55,364 bases of DNA, taken from NCBI GenBank assembly GCA_007378955.1, contig VMGY01000004.1, positions 1 to 55,364 on the forward strand, in the 5' to 3' direction. Below are positions 25,513-35,102 of this stretch, piece by piece. The DNA is from Parcubacteria group bacterium Athens0714_12 (GTDB taxonomy: Bacteria; Patescibacteriota; Patescibacteriia; UBA2591; VMGY01). How positions within the stretch are numbered: the first letter of the stretch is position 1; every line of letters begins with the position of its first letter. Under the pieces are notes generated by a model. It made no database searches. It had not been told where the DNA came from and saw only the letters and a program-made list of their open reading frames with translations. The position numbers and the translations under genes were made by a program.

Positions 25513-27919
25513 AATTTTTTTAGAAAATACGCGCAAATTTTTAGACAATAAATTCGGCCAGTTGGTTTTTCTGGCGGTTTTAGTTTTTATCGTTTTTATT
25601 CCATTTTTTTTAGGCGGCAAAATATTTTACCACAGCGATATGAACTGGGGTTACGCCGACCTTTATTTTTCTTCGCAAGCGATTAAGACCGGCGCGAGTT
25701 TTTGGTGGAATCCTTATATTCTTTCCGGTTTTCCCACTTTTTTGAGCGGCGGAAACTGCCTCTCTTTTATTTTTTACGCCTTTTTTAAATTTTTCAATTT
25801 TCTTTCCGCTTATCATTGGCTGCTTTTTTTAAATTTGGTTTTAGCCGCTTATTTAATGGCCAGACTTCTGGTTCATTTTAAGATTTCTTCCATCCCGGCT
25901 TTAATCGCCGGCATTTCTTATATTTCCCGGCCAATGGTTATGGGAAGCGATTTGTCTTTAATCGGCTATCTATTGTTTTTACCCGCTTTAATTTGGTGTT
26001 TGATTATTTGTTATGAAAAAAACGCCAAATGGACGATTTTTGCCGGCGCTTTATTGGTTTATCTTTCTTTGGTTTCAGTTCATCCCAATTGGTTTTTTAT
26101 TATTTTAGTCAGCGGTTTTATTTTCGCCTTATTTTATCCTTGGATTAAAGAGGAGCAAAACGGCGGAAAATATTTTACTTTGTTCGCTAAATATTCGTCG
26201 ATGGTTTTTTTTGGTTTTTTATTGGGGCTTGTTTTTATTATTCCTTTGCTTAATAATTTGTCTTATTTTTTCCGTAGCAGGGGATTAAGCTATTCATGGG
26301 CGGTTGCCAGCAGTTCGGCGCAATTTCTCGATTTTTTTAATTTTTTTCTGCCTTATTTCAGCGTGCCTCAATTTACTTCCGGCGCTCAATTTTATTTCGG
26401 CGTCCTGCCGCTATTTTTCGCCATTCTTGCTTTTGTTTTATACAGGAAACAAAGACTGGTTAAATTTTTTTCTTTGGTTTTTATTGTTGTCATTATAATA
26501 ACCATTAAATATTCGCCGCTTTTTTGGCTGATGCAAAAATTGCCGGTTTTTAATTTTTTTCGCGCGCCTGACAGATGGCTGGCTTTGGGTTTGTTTGCCG
26601 GTTCAATTTTAGCCGGCGTTGGCGCGGAAAATTTTTTCCAGCCGGATTTTAAAAAATTCAGGGACAAGCTGATTAAAATATTCAAATGGTCAGTGGCGCT
26701 GATTATTATATTCGCTTTAATTTTTAATCTGATCAGTTATTTTTTCGGCGATCAAATCATCGGCGCGGCGAAGAAATATTTTGAAGAAAATCTTTACAGC
26801 CAGACAACCGGCCTGCCTTTGGCGCATTACCATTCGGCGATTGAGCAGATATATTATCATTTTGTTTATTTATACAGTTTTGTTAATCCCAAATTTATTT
26901 TTCCTTTATTGATATTGTTGATAAGTTATCTGGCAATCAAATTTTTCAGCGAAAAAGAGCGGCAACGTAATTATTTTTACCTCAGCGCTTTAGGAATAAC
27001 CGCCCTTAATTTTCTTTTGATTATGCCTTATAGCTATTTGACGATTTACCGCCAATCGTTTAATTACCAGCCAAAAATCGCCCAACGTATTTTGGAGGAG
27101 CCCGGCAAAGTTTTCTCTTTTTTGCCCGGCTTCAGCGAATTCAATGAATTAAGCACGCCTTACCAGCCGGACCTTGAACAGGTTTTTGTTTTTCAGTCGG
27201 AATTTTTGGTTCCCAACCTCGGGACGCTTTACGGCATCAAAAGCGCCGACGGCTATAACAGCTTAATGCCCAAGAGGTATTCGGAAATTCTGGCGCTGAT
27301 TGGTTCAGACAGGGCGGTTACCGGCGAAAAATTGTCAGCGCTTGAAATTCCTTTGGCGGAAAAAATCGTCTTGTTTAAGGAGCGCTTGAATTTAGTTGAT
27401 TTATTGGGAATAAAATATATAATTTCCACTTATCAGATGGAAGATGAAAATCTGGAAGAAATTTTTCAGACCGAAGCGACTGATTATAAGATTCCCATTT
27501 ATCTTTATCAAAACAAAAAAAATCTGCCGGAAATTTATTTCGCCGAATCGGTTGAATTTTTGGCGCCGGGGCGAGAAGAAGAAAATTTGCCGCTTATCAT
27601 AAAAAAAGAAAATGATTTCAGCCAAAAAACTTTTATTGAATGCGCCGGCTGTTCAAAGATAAAAGAGCCGCTGAATCAAACAGTCCAAATCATTGAGGAA
27701 AAAAGCGGCTATTCAAAAATTGAAACTTCAAACGAAAACGCCGGCTGGCTGGTTTTCAGCCAAAGCGATTTGCCGGGCTGGCAGGTAGAAATTGACGCCG
27801 CCAAAACGGAAATTTACAACGCCGATTACATATTTCAGGCGGTTCTTGTCCCCGCCGGCGACCACAGGGTAATATTCAAATACAATCCTTTTGATGTGAG
27901 TGAAATTTTAAAGTTGTAG
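25502..27919 (+). CDS. YfhO-like polytopic membrane glycosyltransferase (GT-C-like)
   Basis: 805 aa with more than 10 hydrophobic segments and a C-terminal extracytoplasmic domain. The N-terminal FYHSDMNWGYADLYF...WWNPYILSGFP resembles the YfhO family. Confidence 0.55.
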   Translation: MDYKIFLENTRKFLDNKFGQLVFLAVLVFIVFIPFFLGGKIFYHSDMNWGYADLYFSSQAIKTGASFWWNPYILSGFPTFLSGGNCLSFIFYAFFKFFNFLSAYHWLLFLNLVLAAYLMARLLVHFKISSIPALIAGISYISRPMVMGSDLSLIGYLLFLPALIWCLIICYEKNAKWTIFAGALLVYLSLVSVHPNWFFIILVSGFIFALFYPWIKEEQNGGKYFTLFAKYSSMVFFGFLLGLVFIIPLLNNLSYFFRSRGLSYSWAVASSSAQFLDFFNFFLPYFSVPQFTSGAQFYFGVLPLFFAILAFVLYRKQRLVKFFSLVFIVVIIITIKYSPLFWLMQKLPVFNFFRAPDRWLALGLFAGSILAGVGAENFFQPDFKKFRDKLIKIFKWSVALIIIFALIFNLISYFFGDQIIGAAKKYFEENLYSQTTGLPLAHYHSAIEQIYYHFVYLYSFVNPKFIFPLLILLISYLAIKFFSEKERQRNYFYLSALGITALNFLLIMPYSYLTIYRQSFNYQPKIAQRILEEPGKVFSFLPGFSEFNELSTPYQPDLEQVFVFQSEFLVPNLGTLYGIKSADGYNSLMPKRYSEILALIGSDRAVTGEKLSALEIPLAEKIVLFKERLNLVDLLGIKYIISTYQMEDENLEEIFQTEATDYKIPIYLYQNKKNLPEIYFAESVEFLAPGREEENLPLIIKKENDFSQKTFIECAGCSKIKEPLNQTVQIIEEKSGYSKIETSNENAGWLVFSQSDLPGWQVEIDAAKTEIYNADYIFQAVLVPAGDHRVIFKYNPFDVSEILKL

Positions 27920-27975
27920 AGGATAACAATTATAGAGGTTTAACCCTTATTTGTTTTTGAGTATATTTAATTTTT

Positions 27976-28010
27976 CCGCGCCGGCTTGCGCCGAGGCGCG
28001 GTTTTTATTT
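27976..28010 (+). terminator. rho-independent terminator
   Basis: CCGCGCC - loop - GGCGCGG followed by TTTTTATTTT, about 57 nt after the YfhO-like stop. Confidence 0.65.
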
Positions 28011-28092
28011 TCGGAAAATAGCAGTTTTGAAAACATCCAAGGCGACTTAGAGATTTCCAAAGTTAAAAGAGCTGCAAAAATAATATTAATAA

Positions 28093-28121
28093 TTGCTAAA
28101 AGGCTTATTTTTATTTATAAT
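28093..28121 (+). promoter_or_regulatory. candidate sigma70-type promoter
   Basis: TTGCTA (28093-28098), 17-nt spacer, TATAAT (28116-28121), upstream of the tandem radical SAM genes. Confidence 0.4.
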
Positions 28122-28201
28122 TAAACGAATAAAGGATGTGATACTTCTTTATTAAAAATCGCGCTTTGGGCGCGTTGGAATAAATTTAACAAAGAAAAAA
28201 A

Positions 28202-29587
28202 GTGCGAGTTTTATTAATTTTACCCCAAATCAATTCTCCTTGCCTCTGGCATCCCGGCTTGGCTTATATTTCAGCTGTTTTGAAAGAAAATAACCATCAG
28301 GCGGAGCTTTTTGAAATGGATGATTACGACCGCCAGATAGGCGGGCTTTTGGGTAAAATAAAAGAATTTTCGCCGGGGATAATCGGCATTTCTTCCAATT
28401 CCCACCAATTTTCGCATACTAAAAAAATTGCTCAAGAAATCAAGAAAAATTATTCTTTGCCTGTTTTCGCGGGAGGCGCGCACACAACGCTCAGGCCAGA
28501 GGTGATAAAAGAAGAAAAAAGTTTTGACGGCGTTATTATCGGGGAAGGGGAAAGGGCTTTTTTGTCTTTGGTTAATAAAATTGAAAGCAAAGAAGATTAT
28601 TCAGCCGTTGATAATTGCTGGTTCAGAAAAGGCGGGCAAATCATTAAAAACAAGCTGGCGCCTTTAATAGAAGATTTAAACACCCTTCCTTTTCCCGACC
28701 GTTCAATTTTCAGATATTTTTACGAAAACAAGGAAAAGAGGACGCCGAGATTTATTTTTTCCCGCGGCTGCCCGTTTGAATGCACTTATTGCTGCAATCA
28801 TATTTTTAAAAAAATCTATCATAATTTGGGAAGATACGTGAGGTGGCGGAGCGTTGATTCAGCGCTTCGGGAAATAGAATTAACGAGAGAAAAATATTAT
28901 TTTAATTATTTTAAAGTTGACGACGACATTTTTTCTTTGAACAAGCAATGGCTTCTGGAATTTTGCGGAAAATTCCAAGAAAAATTTAAAGATTTAACCT
29001 ATGAATGCAATGTTAGGCCCGGGGCGATAGACGAGGAAGGATTGGTTAATTTAAAAAAGAGCGGTTGCCGCTTGATTAAAATCGGCATTGAAACCGGCAA
29101 TGAAGATTTGCGGAAAAAAGTTTTGAACAGGAATTTTTCCAATCAGGATATTATTGATACTTTTTCAAGGGCAAAAAAAATCGGCTTAAAAACTTTTTCT
29201 TTCAATATGGTTGGCATTCCCGGAGAAACGAGGGAAACTATAAGGGAGACGATGGAATTAAATAAAATTATCAAGCCGGCTTTTATGCAGGTGACGGTTT
29301 TTTATCCTTATCCGAACACCGCGCTGGGAGAAATTTGTTCAAAAAATGGCTACATGGAAAGAGATTTTGAAAATTCATATATGGAAAAGACGATTTTAAA
29401 ATTGCCGACTATTTCAAAAAAGGAAATTGAAAAAGCGGCGAGAGATTTTAAATTTAATGTTTATTGGAGCTATGACAAAAAGAAAGCTTTGGCGGAAAAA
29501 AAGCGGCGAATTAAAAAATTTATCATTGCTCGGCCATTGTTGCATTTTTTGGCCAAATTTTTTAAAAAATTTATAAAAATAAAATGA
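28202..29587 (+). CDS. class B radical SAM enzyme #3
   Basis: FAGGAHTT ... IGEGERAFLSLV, SRGCPFECTYC. GTG start. Confidence 0.8.
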   Translation: MRVLLILPQINSPCLWHPGLAYISAVLKENNHQAELFEMDDYDRQIGGLLGKIKEFSPGIIGISSNSHQFSHTKKIAQEIKKNYSLPVFAGGAHTTLRPEVIKEEKSFDGVIIGEGERAFLSLVNKIESKEDYSAVDNCWFRKGGQIIKNKLAPLIEDLNTLPFPDRSIFRYFYENKEKRTPRFIFSRGCPFECTYCCNHIFKKIYHNLGRYVRWRSVDSALREIELTREKYYFNYFKVDDDIFSLNKQWLLEFCGKFQEKFKDLTYECNVRPGAIDEEGLVNLKKSGCRLIKIGIETGNEDLRKKVLNRNFSNQDIIDTFSRAKKIGLKTFSFNMVGIPGETRETIRETMELNKIIKPAFMQVTVFYPYPNTALGEICSKNGYMERDFENSYMEKTILKLPTISKKEIEKAARDFKFNVYWSYDKKKALAEKKRRIKKFIIARPLLHFLAKFFKKFIKIK

Positions 29588-30879
29588 AAATTCTTATTTT
29601 GAATCCGTTGATTTACGGCAAGAAAAAATCTTTAATGAACACGCGCAAGAGGCAGCCGTTAAGTTTGGCTTATATCGCCAGTTTGTTGAGAGCCAAGCAT
29701 CAAATTATTTTTTTGGACGCCAATGCTTTGGATTATGGCGCGGAACAGACCGTGGCGCGAATTAAAAATAATCAGCCGGATATTTTAATTTTAACTTCCA
29801 CGCCTGTTGACCGATGGGAATGCCCTAATTCCCAAATTGATTCGATTTTTCAAATTATTAATCAAGTCAAGATAGAAAACACCATTTTGACCGGTTCGCA
29901 CGGCACCGTAACACCTGATTGGATTTTTGAAAAATGCGAAGTTAAATATATTGTCAGGGGCGAGCCGGAATTAACAGTTTTAAATTTAGTTGAAGCTCTA
30001 TCGAATAATCAAAAGGTAAAAAATGTCAAAGGAATTTCTTTTAAAATTAAAGGGGAGATTGTCCATAACGAAGCGGCTTCCCGGATTGAAAATTTGGACC
30101 AATTGCCTTTGCCGGCTTATGATTTACTGCCGATGGAAAAATATAAATATTCTTTTGATGATTTGCCTCAGCCGTTCAGTATTATGCTGACATCGCGCGG
30201 TTGTCCTTTTAATTGTATTTATTGCCTTAAAGCAATGTTAGAAGGGAGATATATCGCCAGAAGCCCGGAATCAGTTATCACTGAAATTAAATATTTGACT
30301 GAAAATTTCGGTATTAAATCAATATTTTTTCAGGACTGGGAATTTACGATTATAAAAGAGAGGGCGGAAAAAATATGCGATTTGATTTTAGAAAATAAAT
30401 TAAAATTCAAATGGGGATGTAATAGCCGCGCCAATGACATTTCCACCAAATTGGCGGAAAAAATGAAGCAAGCTGGATGCGTCCGCGTAAATATCGGCTT
30501 TGAATCCGCCAACCAGAAAATTCTGGATAATTTGAAAAAAGGAATAAAAACCGAAGATTTAACCAAGGCAGTGGAAATTTGCCGCGGCGAGGGGATAAAA
30601 ATCGGCCTGTATGGATTTTTGAACGCGCCTGGCGAGAACAGGAAAACTATCAAAGAAACAGTTGATTTTTTGAATAAGCATAAAATAAAGAGCGTTTATT
30701 TGAATTTGCCTATTCCGTATTTTAGCACGGAATTATTTGAGCGGCTTAAAAAACAGAAAAAAGCCGATTTCAGCTGGGATAATATTGAAAAATACGCGGG
30801 CAAAGTCAATGTCAGATGCCATCCTTATTTAGCCAAATTTTGGCAGCAATATTATAAATTTATTTGTAAGAAATTTTAA
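29584..30879 (+). CDS. class B radical SAM enzyme #4
   Basis: LTGSHGT ... VRGEPELTVLNLV, SRGCPFNCIYC. ATGA overlap with #3. Confidence 0.8.
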   Translation: MKILILNPLIYGKKKSLMNTRKRQPLSLAYIASLLRAKHQIIFLDANALDYGAEQTVARIKNNQPDILILTSTPVDRWECPNSQIDSIFQIINQVKIENTILTGSHGTVTPDWIFEKCEVKYIVRGEPELTVLNLVEALSNNQKVKNVKGISFKIKGEIVHNEAASRIENLDQLPLPAYDLLPMEKYKYSFDDLPQPFSIMLTSRGCPFNCIYCLKAMLEGRYIARSPESVITEIKYLTENFGIKSIFFQDWEFTIIKERAEKICDLILENKLKFKWGCNSRANDISTKLAEKMKQAGCVRVNIGFESANQKILDNLKKGIKTEDLTKAVEICRGEGIKIGLYGFLNAPGENRKTIKETVDFLNKHKIKSVYLNLPIPYFSTELFERLKKQKKADFSWDNIEKYAGKVNVRCHPYLAKFWQQYYKFICKKF

Positions 30880-30903
30880 CTTTGTTTGCATTTACTAGTA
30901 TGG

Positions 30904-31038
30904 TCCCGCAAACAGGACTTTCGTTTACGCTCGGTCGCCCAGCGAGCGGCCTCGCTGCGCGGCTCACTCGCTCGTCCGCCTTTGGTGGACACCATGCCCG
31001 CTCGCTTCGCCGACGCCGCGAAAATCCTGTTCTCAGAA
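30904..31038 (+). repeat. GC-rich nested-palindrome element, copy 3
   Basis: About 90% identical to copy 4 (about 14 mismatches over about 135 nt by manual alignment). It ends 10 nt before the GT4 start codon. Confidence 0.85.
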
Positions 31039-31048
31039 ATGAAAAAAT

Positions 31049-32167
31049 ATGAAAACTATTTTATTAATCGCCAAAACACTTTCCTTGGACGATGGCCAGG
31101 GCAGGTACGCCCACGGTCTGATCAGGGAGTTGTCAAAAAAATACAAATTAATTATTCTATCCGGCTGTCTGGAAGGCGCGGAAGTATTGGATAATTCCAA
31201 TCTTGAAATACATAAAATTCCCGACCTTTATGTTTTAAACAGTTTTGCCGGTCCGTTCATATATTTTTTTAAAACTTTAAAATTTTATTTTAAAGCCGAT
31301 TTTGTCCATATTCTGACTGATTTGCCTTATTATATTTTATTTTCTCCGGCAGTATGGTTTAAAATTAAGCCGCTTTTTATCACTTTCCACGGCACTTACG
31401 GCGTTGAACATCTGGAAAAAGGATGGAAAAAAAATATTTTAAAAGCCGCTTGCCGCAAAGCCGAAAAAATAATCTGCGTCAGTAATTTTACCAAAAACGA
31501 GATTTTAAAAAGAGCTGATTTAAAAAATCTGATGGTGATTAATAATGGCGTTGATTATCATAAATGGCAGATTGATTATAAAACAGCCAAGCCAAGCCAA
31601 AAAATAATTTTAGGCGTGGGTGCCTTAAAATCAAGAAAAGGATACCATATTTCTATTCCGGCAGTGGCTAAAGCCAAGGAAAAATATCCGGATTTAAAAT
31701 ATTATATCGTGGGAAATCAGGGAGATAAAAATTATTTCCAAAAATTGAAAAATTTGATTAAGCAAAACCAGCTGGAAAACAATGTTATTTTTCTGGAAAA
31801 AATCTTTGACAAAGACCTGATTTTGCTCTATTATCAAACTGATTTATTCTTATTAACTTCCGTGAATATAGGCAGTAAATTTGAAGGATTTGGCCTGGTT
31901 TATTTGGAGGCGGGAGCTTGCGGCAAACCGGTTATCGGCGCTTATGGTTGCGGAGCCGAGGACGCGATAAGAGATAATTACAACGGATTATTAGTTCCGC
32001 AAAATGACATTGAAAAAACGGCCGAAGCTATTTTGAAGATTTTGGATAATCAAAATTTGGCGGAAAAAATGGGGGAAAATGGCCGGCAGAGAGCCCAAGA
32101 AATGGATTGGTCTAATTTAATCAAGGAATATATCAAAACTTATTCATCAAGCGTATTTCAGAAATAA
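31049..32167 (+). CDS. GT4 family glycosyltransferase, bracketed by repeat copies 3 and 4
   Basis: GVGALKSRKGYH ... FLLTSVNIGSKFEGFGLVYLEAGACGKPVIG (EX7E). Confidence 0.85.
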   Translation: MKTILLIAKTLSLDDGQGRYAHGLIRELSKKYKLIILSGCLEGAEVLDNSNLEIHKIPDLYVLNSFAGPFIYFFKTLKFYFKADFVHILTDLPYYILFSPAVWFKIKPLFITFHGTYGVEHLEKGWKKNILKAACRKAEKIICVSNFTKNEILKRADLKNLMVINNGVDYHKWQIDYKTAKPSQKIILGVGALKSRKGYHISIPAVAKAKEKYPDLKYYIVGNQGDKNYFQKLKNLIKQNQLENNVIFLEKIFDKDLILLYYQTDLFLLTSVNIGSKFEGFGLVYLEAGACGKPVIGAYGCGAEDAIRDNYNGLLVPQNDIEKTAEAILKILDNQNLAEKMGENGRQRAQEMDWSNLIKEYIKTYSSSVFQK

Positions 32168-32304
32168 TTCCGCAAACAGAATTTTCGCTTACGCTCAGCC
32201 GCCCAGCGAGCGGCTTCGCTGCGCGGCTCGCTCGCTCGTCCGCCTTTGGTGGACACCATGCCCACTCACTTCGCCGACGCCGCGAAAATTCTGTTTGCGG
32301 AATT
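32166..32304 (+). repeat. GC-rich nested-palindrome element, copy 4
   Basis: It has a perfect 23-nt closing stem AATTCCGCAAACAGAATTTTCGC / GCGAAAATTCTGTTTGCGGAATT. It starts inside the TAA stop of the GT4 gene. Confidence 0.9.
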
Positions 32305-32344
32305 GTAAACAGCGCTAATTTTTAAATAGTTAATTTTTAAAGAA

Positions 32345-35098
32345 ATGAAATGGTTTTTCAAGAAAAATAGTTTATTAAGAAAATTTTTTTTTAGAGGAGT
32401 AATTTTAATTTTATTGGCGATTTTTTGCGCCGGCCTTTTTGTTTTTGAGTGGAAAGGTTATGGCGCCAGAATCAGGGATAGTCATCCTCTTTTATCCAAA
32501 ATGCCGAAACTTTTAGATATTTTTTATTTGCCTTATCAATTTAAAAAGTCCGAACTTCCAGTTTACGATTTGATTATTTCTACAAAAAATTTGCAAAAAT
32601 TAAACCAAAGCATGCCCGGCGACGATTTTGATATGTCTTCTGAGGGCGGGGAAGATGTGTCGGCTGATTTTATTTATAATAACCAAGAATACAAAGTGGA
32701 CATCAGATATCAGGGCGACCTTTACAATCTTTGGAAATACGAAAAGAAATCATGGCGGATAGAATTCCCTAAATCAGATTTATTTGAGGGCAAAAGAAAA
32801 ATCAGCCTTTATACGCCCGAAGACAGGAGTTTTCTTTTGGAACATTTAAGCAATTACCGCGCCAAAAAATTAGGCCTGATTGTTCCGGAAAGCCGGATGG
32901 TGGTTTTAAGGATAAATAACCAGAAAGCGGGAGTTTATTACGAGACAGAAAGCTGGAGTGCGGAATTTTTAGAAAAAAACAAGCAAGTAGGGGAATCAAA
33001 TTTTTACGGCGAGTACAACCCCTTGGCTTACAGCGGATACGAGCATGACCTTTTTGAATCAGTGGCTTATTGGAAAAAAAGCGTTAACGAAACAAGCGAT
33101 GGTTTGGACAATTTTGCGGATTTAGGCCAGCTGGTTGATTTAATGAAAAACAGTTCAGATAAAGAGTTTTTTCAGAAAATTCCCAATATCTTGGATATGG
33201 ATAATTTTTACCGATGGCAAGCACATACTGTTTTAATGGGAAGTTTGCATCAGGATTTTGTCCATAATATCAGGATTTATTTTGACAAGACTATCGGCAA
33301 ATTCAAATTTATTCCTTGGGATTTAAGGCAAGGCGATTGGGATGAATACACGGATTTATATTACAGCGAATTAGTCACCCGTTTATTAAAAAATCCTGAA
33401 TTTCTACATGAACGCAATAAAATTCTTTGGGATTATGTCAAAAATGATAAAAATTTAGAGGACGATTTTGAATTTTATAACCAGACTTATCAGGAAGTTA
33501 AAACAGCTTTTTATAAAGACAGAATCAAATCGTTTTCCAATTTTTATTTTGACCGCAAGATAAAGAGCGGAAAAGAAATGATGACAAAACAATACCGCAA
33601 TATCCAAAATATGCTTAAAAAGGACCAGACGATCGCGGTGGCGAGAATTTTTCCCCAATGGGTAAGAATAGATTTAACCACCCAGGGATTCTGCGACCTT
33701 ACATTGCGCCAAAATTCTGAAATGATTTTTTATTACGATGAAAATCAAAATCAAATTTTTGATTCATCTGATTTAAAATTTGACAATGATTTTCAGATGC
33801 GCAGCCAAAGGGAAACGCCGGAAGAATGGTTTGCTCCGATTAAAATTTTGCCCACTAATTACAGTTTTTTTGTCAAACGCGAGCAATTTGACGCGGATAA
33901 TTTCCAGCTTCATTTAACCAATGCTGTTACGGGATTTGAAATTGAGCCAGTGGTTCGTTTTGTTGACAGCCAGACTTTCAGTTATTTTGACAAAATCAAT
34001 CAGAGTTTAGAAGATTTTTTGAAAGAATATCCTATTTTCAAAAAAAATCCTTCCCTGAATAATTCAGTTGTTCTTTACAGAGGAAGTTATAATATTAATA
34101 AAAATATTATTATTCCCAAAGATTTGTCTTTGCGCGTGGAAGCGGGGAGTGAACTCAAATTCGCTCCGGAAGTTTCTTTAATAAGTTATGGCCGAGTGGA
34201 GGCCATTGGCAATTTAAACCAACCGATTATATTTTCCAGCCAGAATAAAAATAAATTTTGGGGAGTTTTTGGTTTGGTAGATTCAAATACTAATAATAGC
34301 AAATTTGAATATTGTTATTTTGAACGGGGCGGCCAGGCTTATATCAACGGCGTTTTTTTCTCCGGAATGCTGGCAATCCATCACGCGGATGTCCAGATCA
34401 GCCATTGCCGTTTTAGCGGCGCTTCCGGCGACGACAGTTTGAATATTAAATACAGCGAGAACAGTTTGGTGGAAAAAAGCGAATTTATTGATAATCAATT
34501 TGATGCCATAGATTCTGATTATTCAGACTTGGTGATAGATAATAACCGTTTTATTAATAACGGCAATGACGCGATAGATATTTCTGGCAGCAAACCAGTG
34601 ATTAAAAATAATTTTATAAAAAAATCCGGAGACAAGTGCATTAGCTTGGGAGAGGATACCAAGGCCGTAATTTTTAACAATATTTTATTGGTATGCGACA
34701 CGGGCATTGCCGTCAAGGACCTTTCCGAGCCATTGATAGCCAATAATCTTATTTCCGGCAACAAAAAAGGGATTGACATTTACCAGAAAAAACAAATTTT
34801 TGGCGGCGGATTTCCAAAAATTTATAATACTATTATTTGGGACAATCAAGAGCAAATTGTTTTGGATGAAAAATCAGCGATAGAAATTTTTCACAGCGAT
34901 ATCCAAGGGGGATATAAAGGAGCTGATAACTTTGAGCAAAAGCCGGTTTTTCAAAATCCGGAACAAGAAAATTATTTACTTGCCGAGAGCCAAGAAAATG
35001 AGAATTTGCTAAAAAATGGAGACTCGGAGATTTTAAGACTTTTAATTAAAAAAGATATCAAGGTCGCGCCTATCGGCCTTTTTGAATTATTTGATTAA
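32345..35098 (+). CDS. cotH: membrane-anchored CotH-family kinase-like protein fused to a right-handed parallel beta-helix domain
   Basis: N-terminal TM anchor. The CotH-like region reads KKSWRIEFPK ... KISLYTPEDRSFLLEHLSNYRAKKLG ... VLRINNQKAGVYYETE. The C-terminal repeats (NNRFINNGNDAIDISGS, IKNNFIKKSGDKCISLG, IANNLISGNKKGIDI) are typical of pectin-lyase-fold beta-helices. Confidence 0.65.
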   Translation: MKWFFKKNSLLRKFFFRGVILILLAIFCAGLFVFEWKGYGARIRDSHPLLSKMPKLLDIFYLPYQFKKSELPVYDLIISTKNLQKLNQSMPGDDFDMSSEGGEDVSADFIYNNQEYKVDIRYQGDLYNLWKYEKKSWRIEFPKSDLFEGKRKISLYTPEDRSFLLEHLSNYRAKKLGLIVPESRMVVLRINNQKAGVYYETESWSAEFLEKNKQVGESNFYGEYNPLAYSGYEHDLFESVAYWKKSVNETSDGLDNFADLGQLVDLMKNSSDKEFFQKIPNILDMDNFYRWQAHTVLMGSLHQDFVHNIRIYFDKTIGKFKFIPWDLRQGDWDEYTDLYYSELVTRLLKNPEFLHERNKILWDYVKNDKNLEDDFEFYNQTYQEVKTAFYKDRIKSFSNFYFDRKIKSGKEMMTKQYRNIQNMLKKDQTIAVARIFPQWVRIDLTTQGFCDLTLRQNSEMIFYYDENQNQIFDSSDLKFDNDFQMRSQRETPEEWFAPIKILPTNYSFFVKREQFDADNFQLHLTNAVTGFEIEPVVRFVDSQTFSYFDKINQSLEDFLKEYPIFKKNPSLNNSVVLYRGSYNINKNIIIPKDLSLRVEAGSELKFAPEVSLISYGRVEAIGNLNQPIIFSSQNKNKFWGVFGLVDSNTNNSKFEYCYFERGGQAYINGVFFSGMLAIHHADVQISHCRFSGASGDDSLNIKYSENSLVEKSEFIDNQFDAIDSDYSDLVIDNNRFINNGNDAIDISGSKPVIKNNFIKKSGDKCISLGEDTKAVIFNNILLVCDTGIAVKDLSEPLIANNLISGNKKGIDIYQKKQIFGGGFPKIYNTIIWDNQEQIVLDEKSAIEIFHSDIQGGYKGADNFEQKPVFQNPEQENYLLAESQENENLLKNGDSEILRLLIKKDIKVAPIGLFELFD

Positions 35099-35102
35099 AT
35101 TT

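Noticed and set aside
4019-32304. The GC-rich palindromes as integron attC sites, making the bracketed genes integron cassettes.
   Set aside because: Copy 1 ends with TGTTGC-GTTAGAT (GTTRRRY-like) and starts with TTCTAAC-GCAACA. The other three copies lack GTTRRRY/RYYYAAC ends. Two copies exceed the usual attC size. No intI-like integrase or regular cassette array is present in the window. I keep this only as a remote possibility.
4019-32304. The repeats as a CRISPR array.
   Set aside because: The copies are 135-200 nt, separated by 1.1 to 25 kb of protein-coding genes, and diverged. There is no short regular repeat-spacer structure and there are no cas genes.
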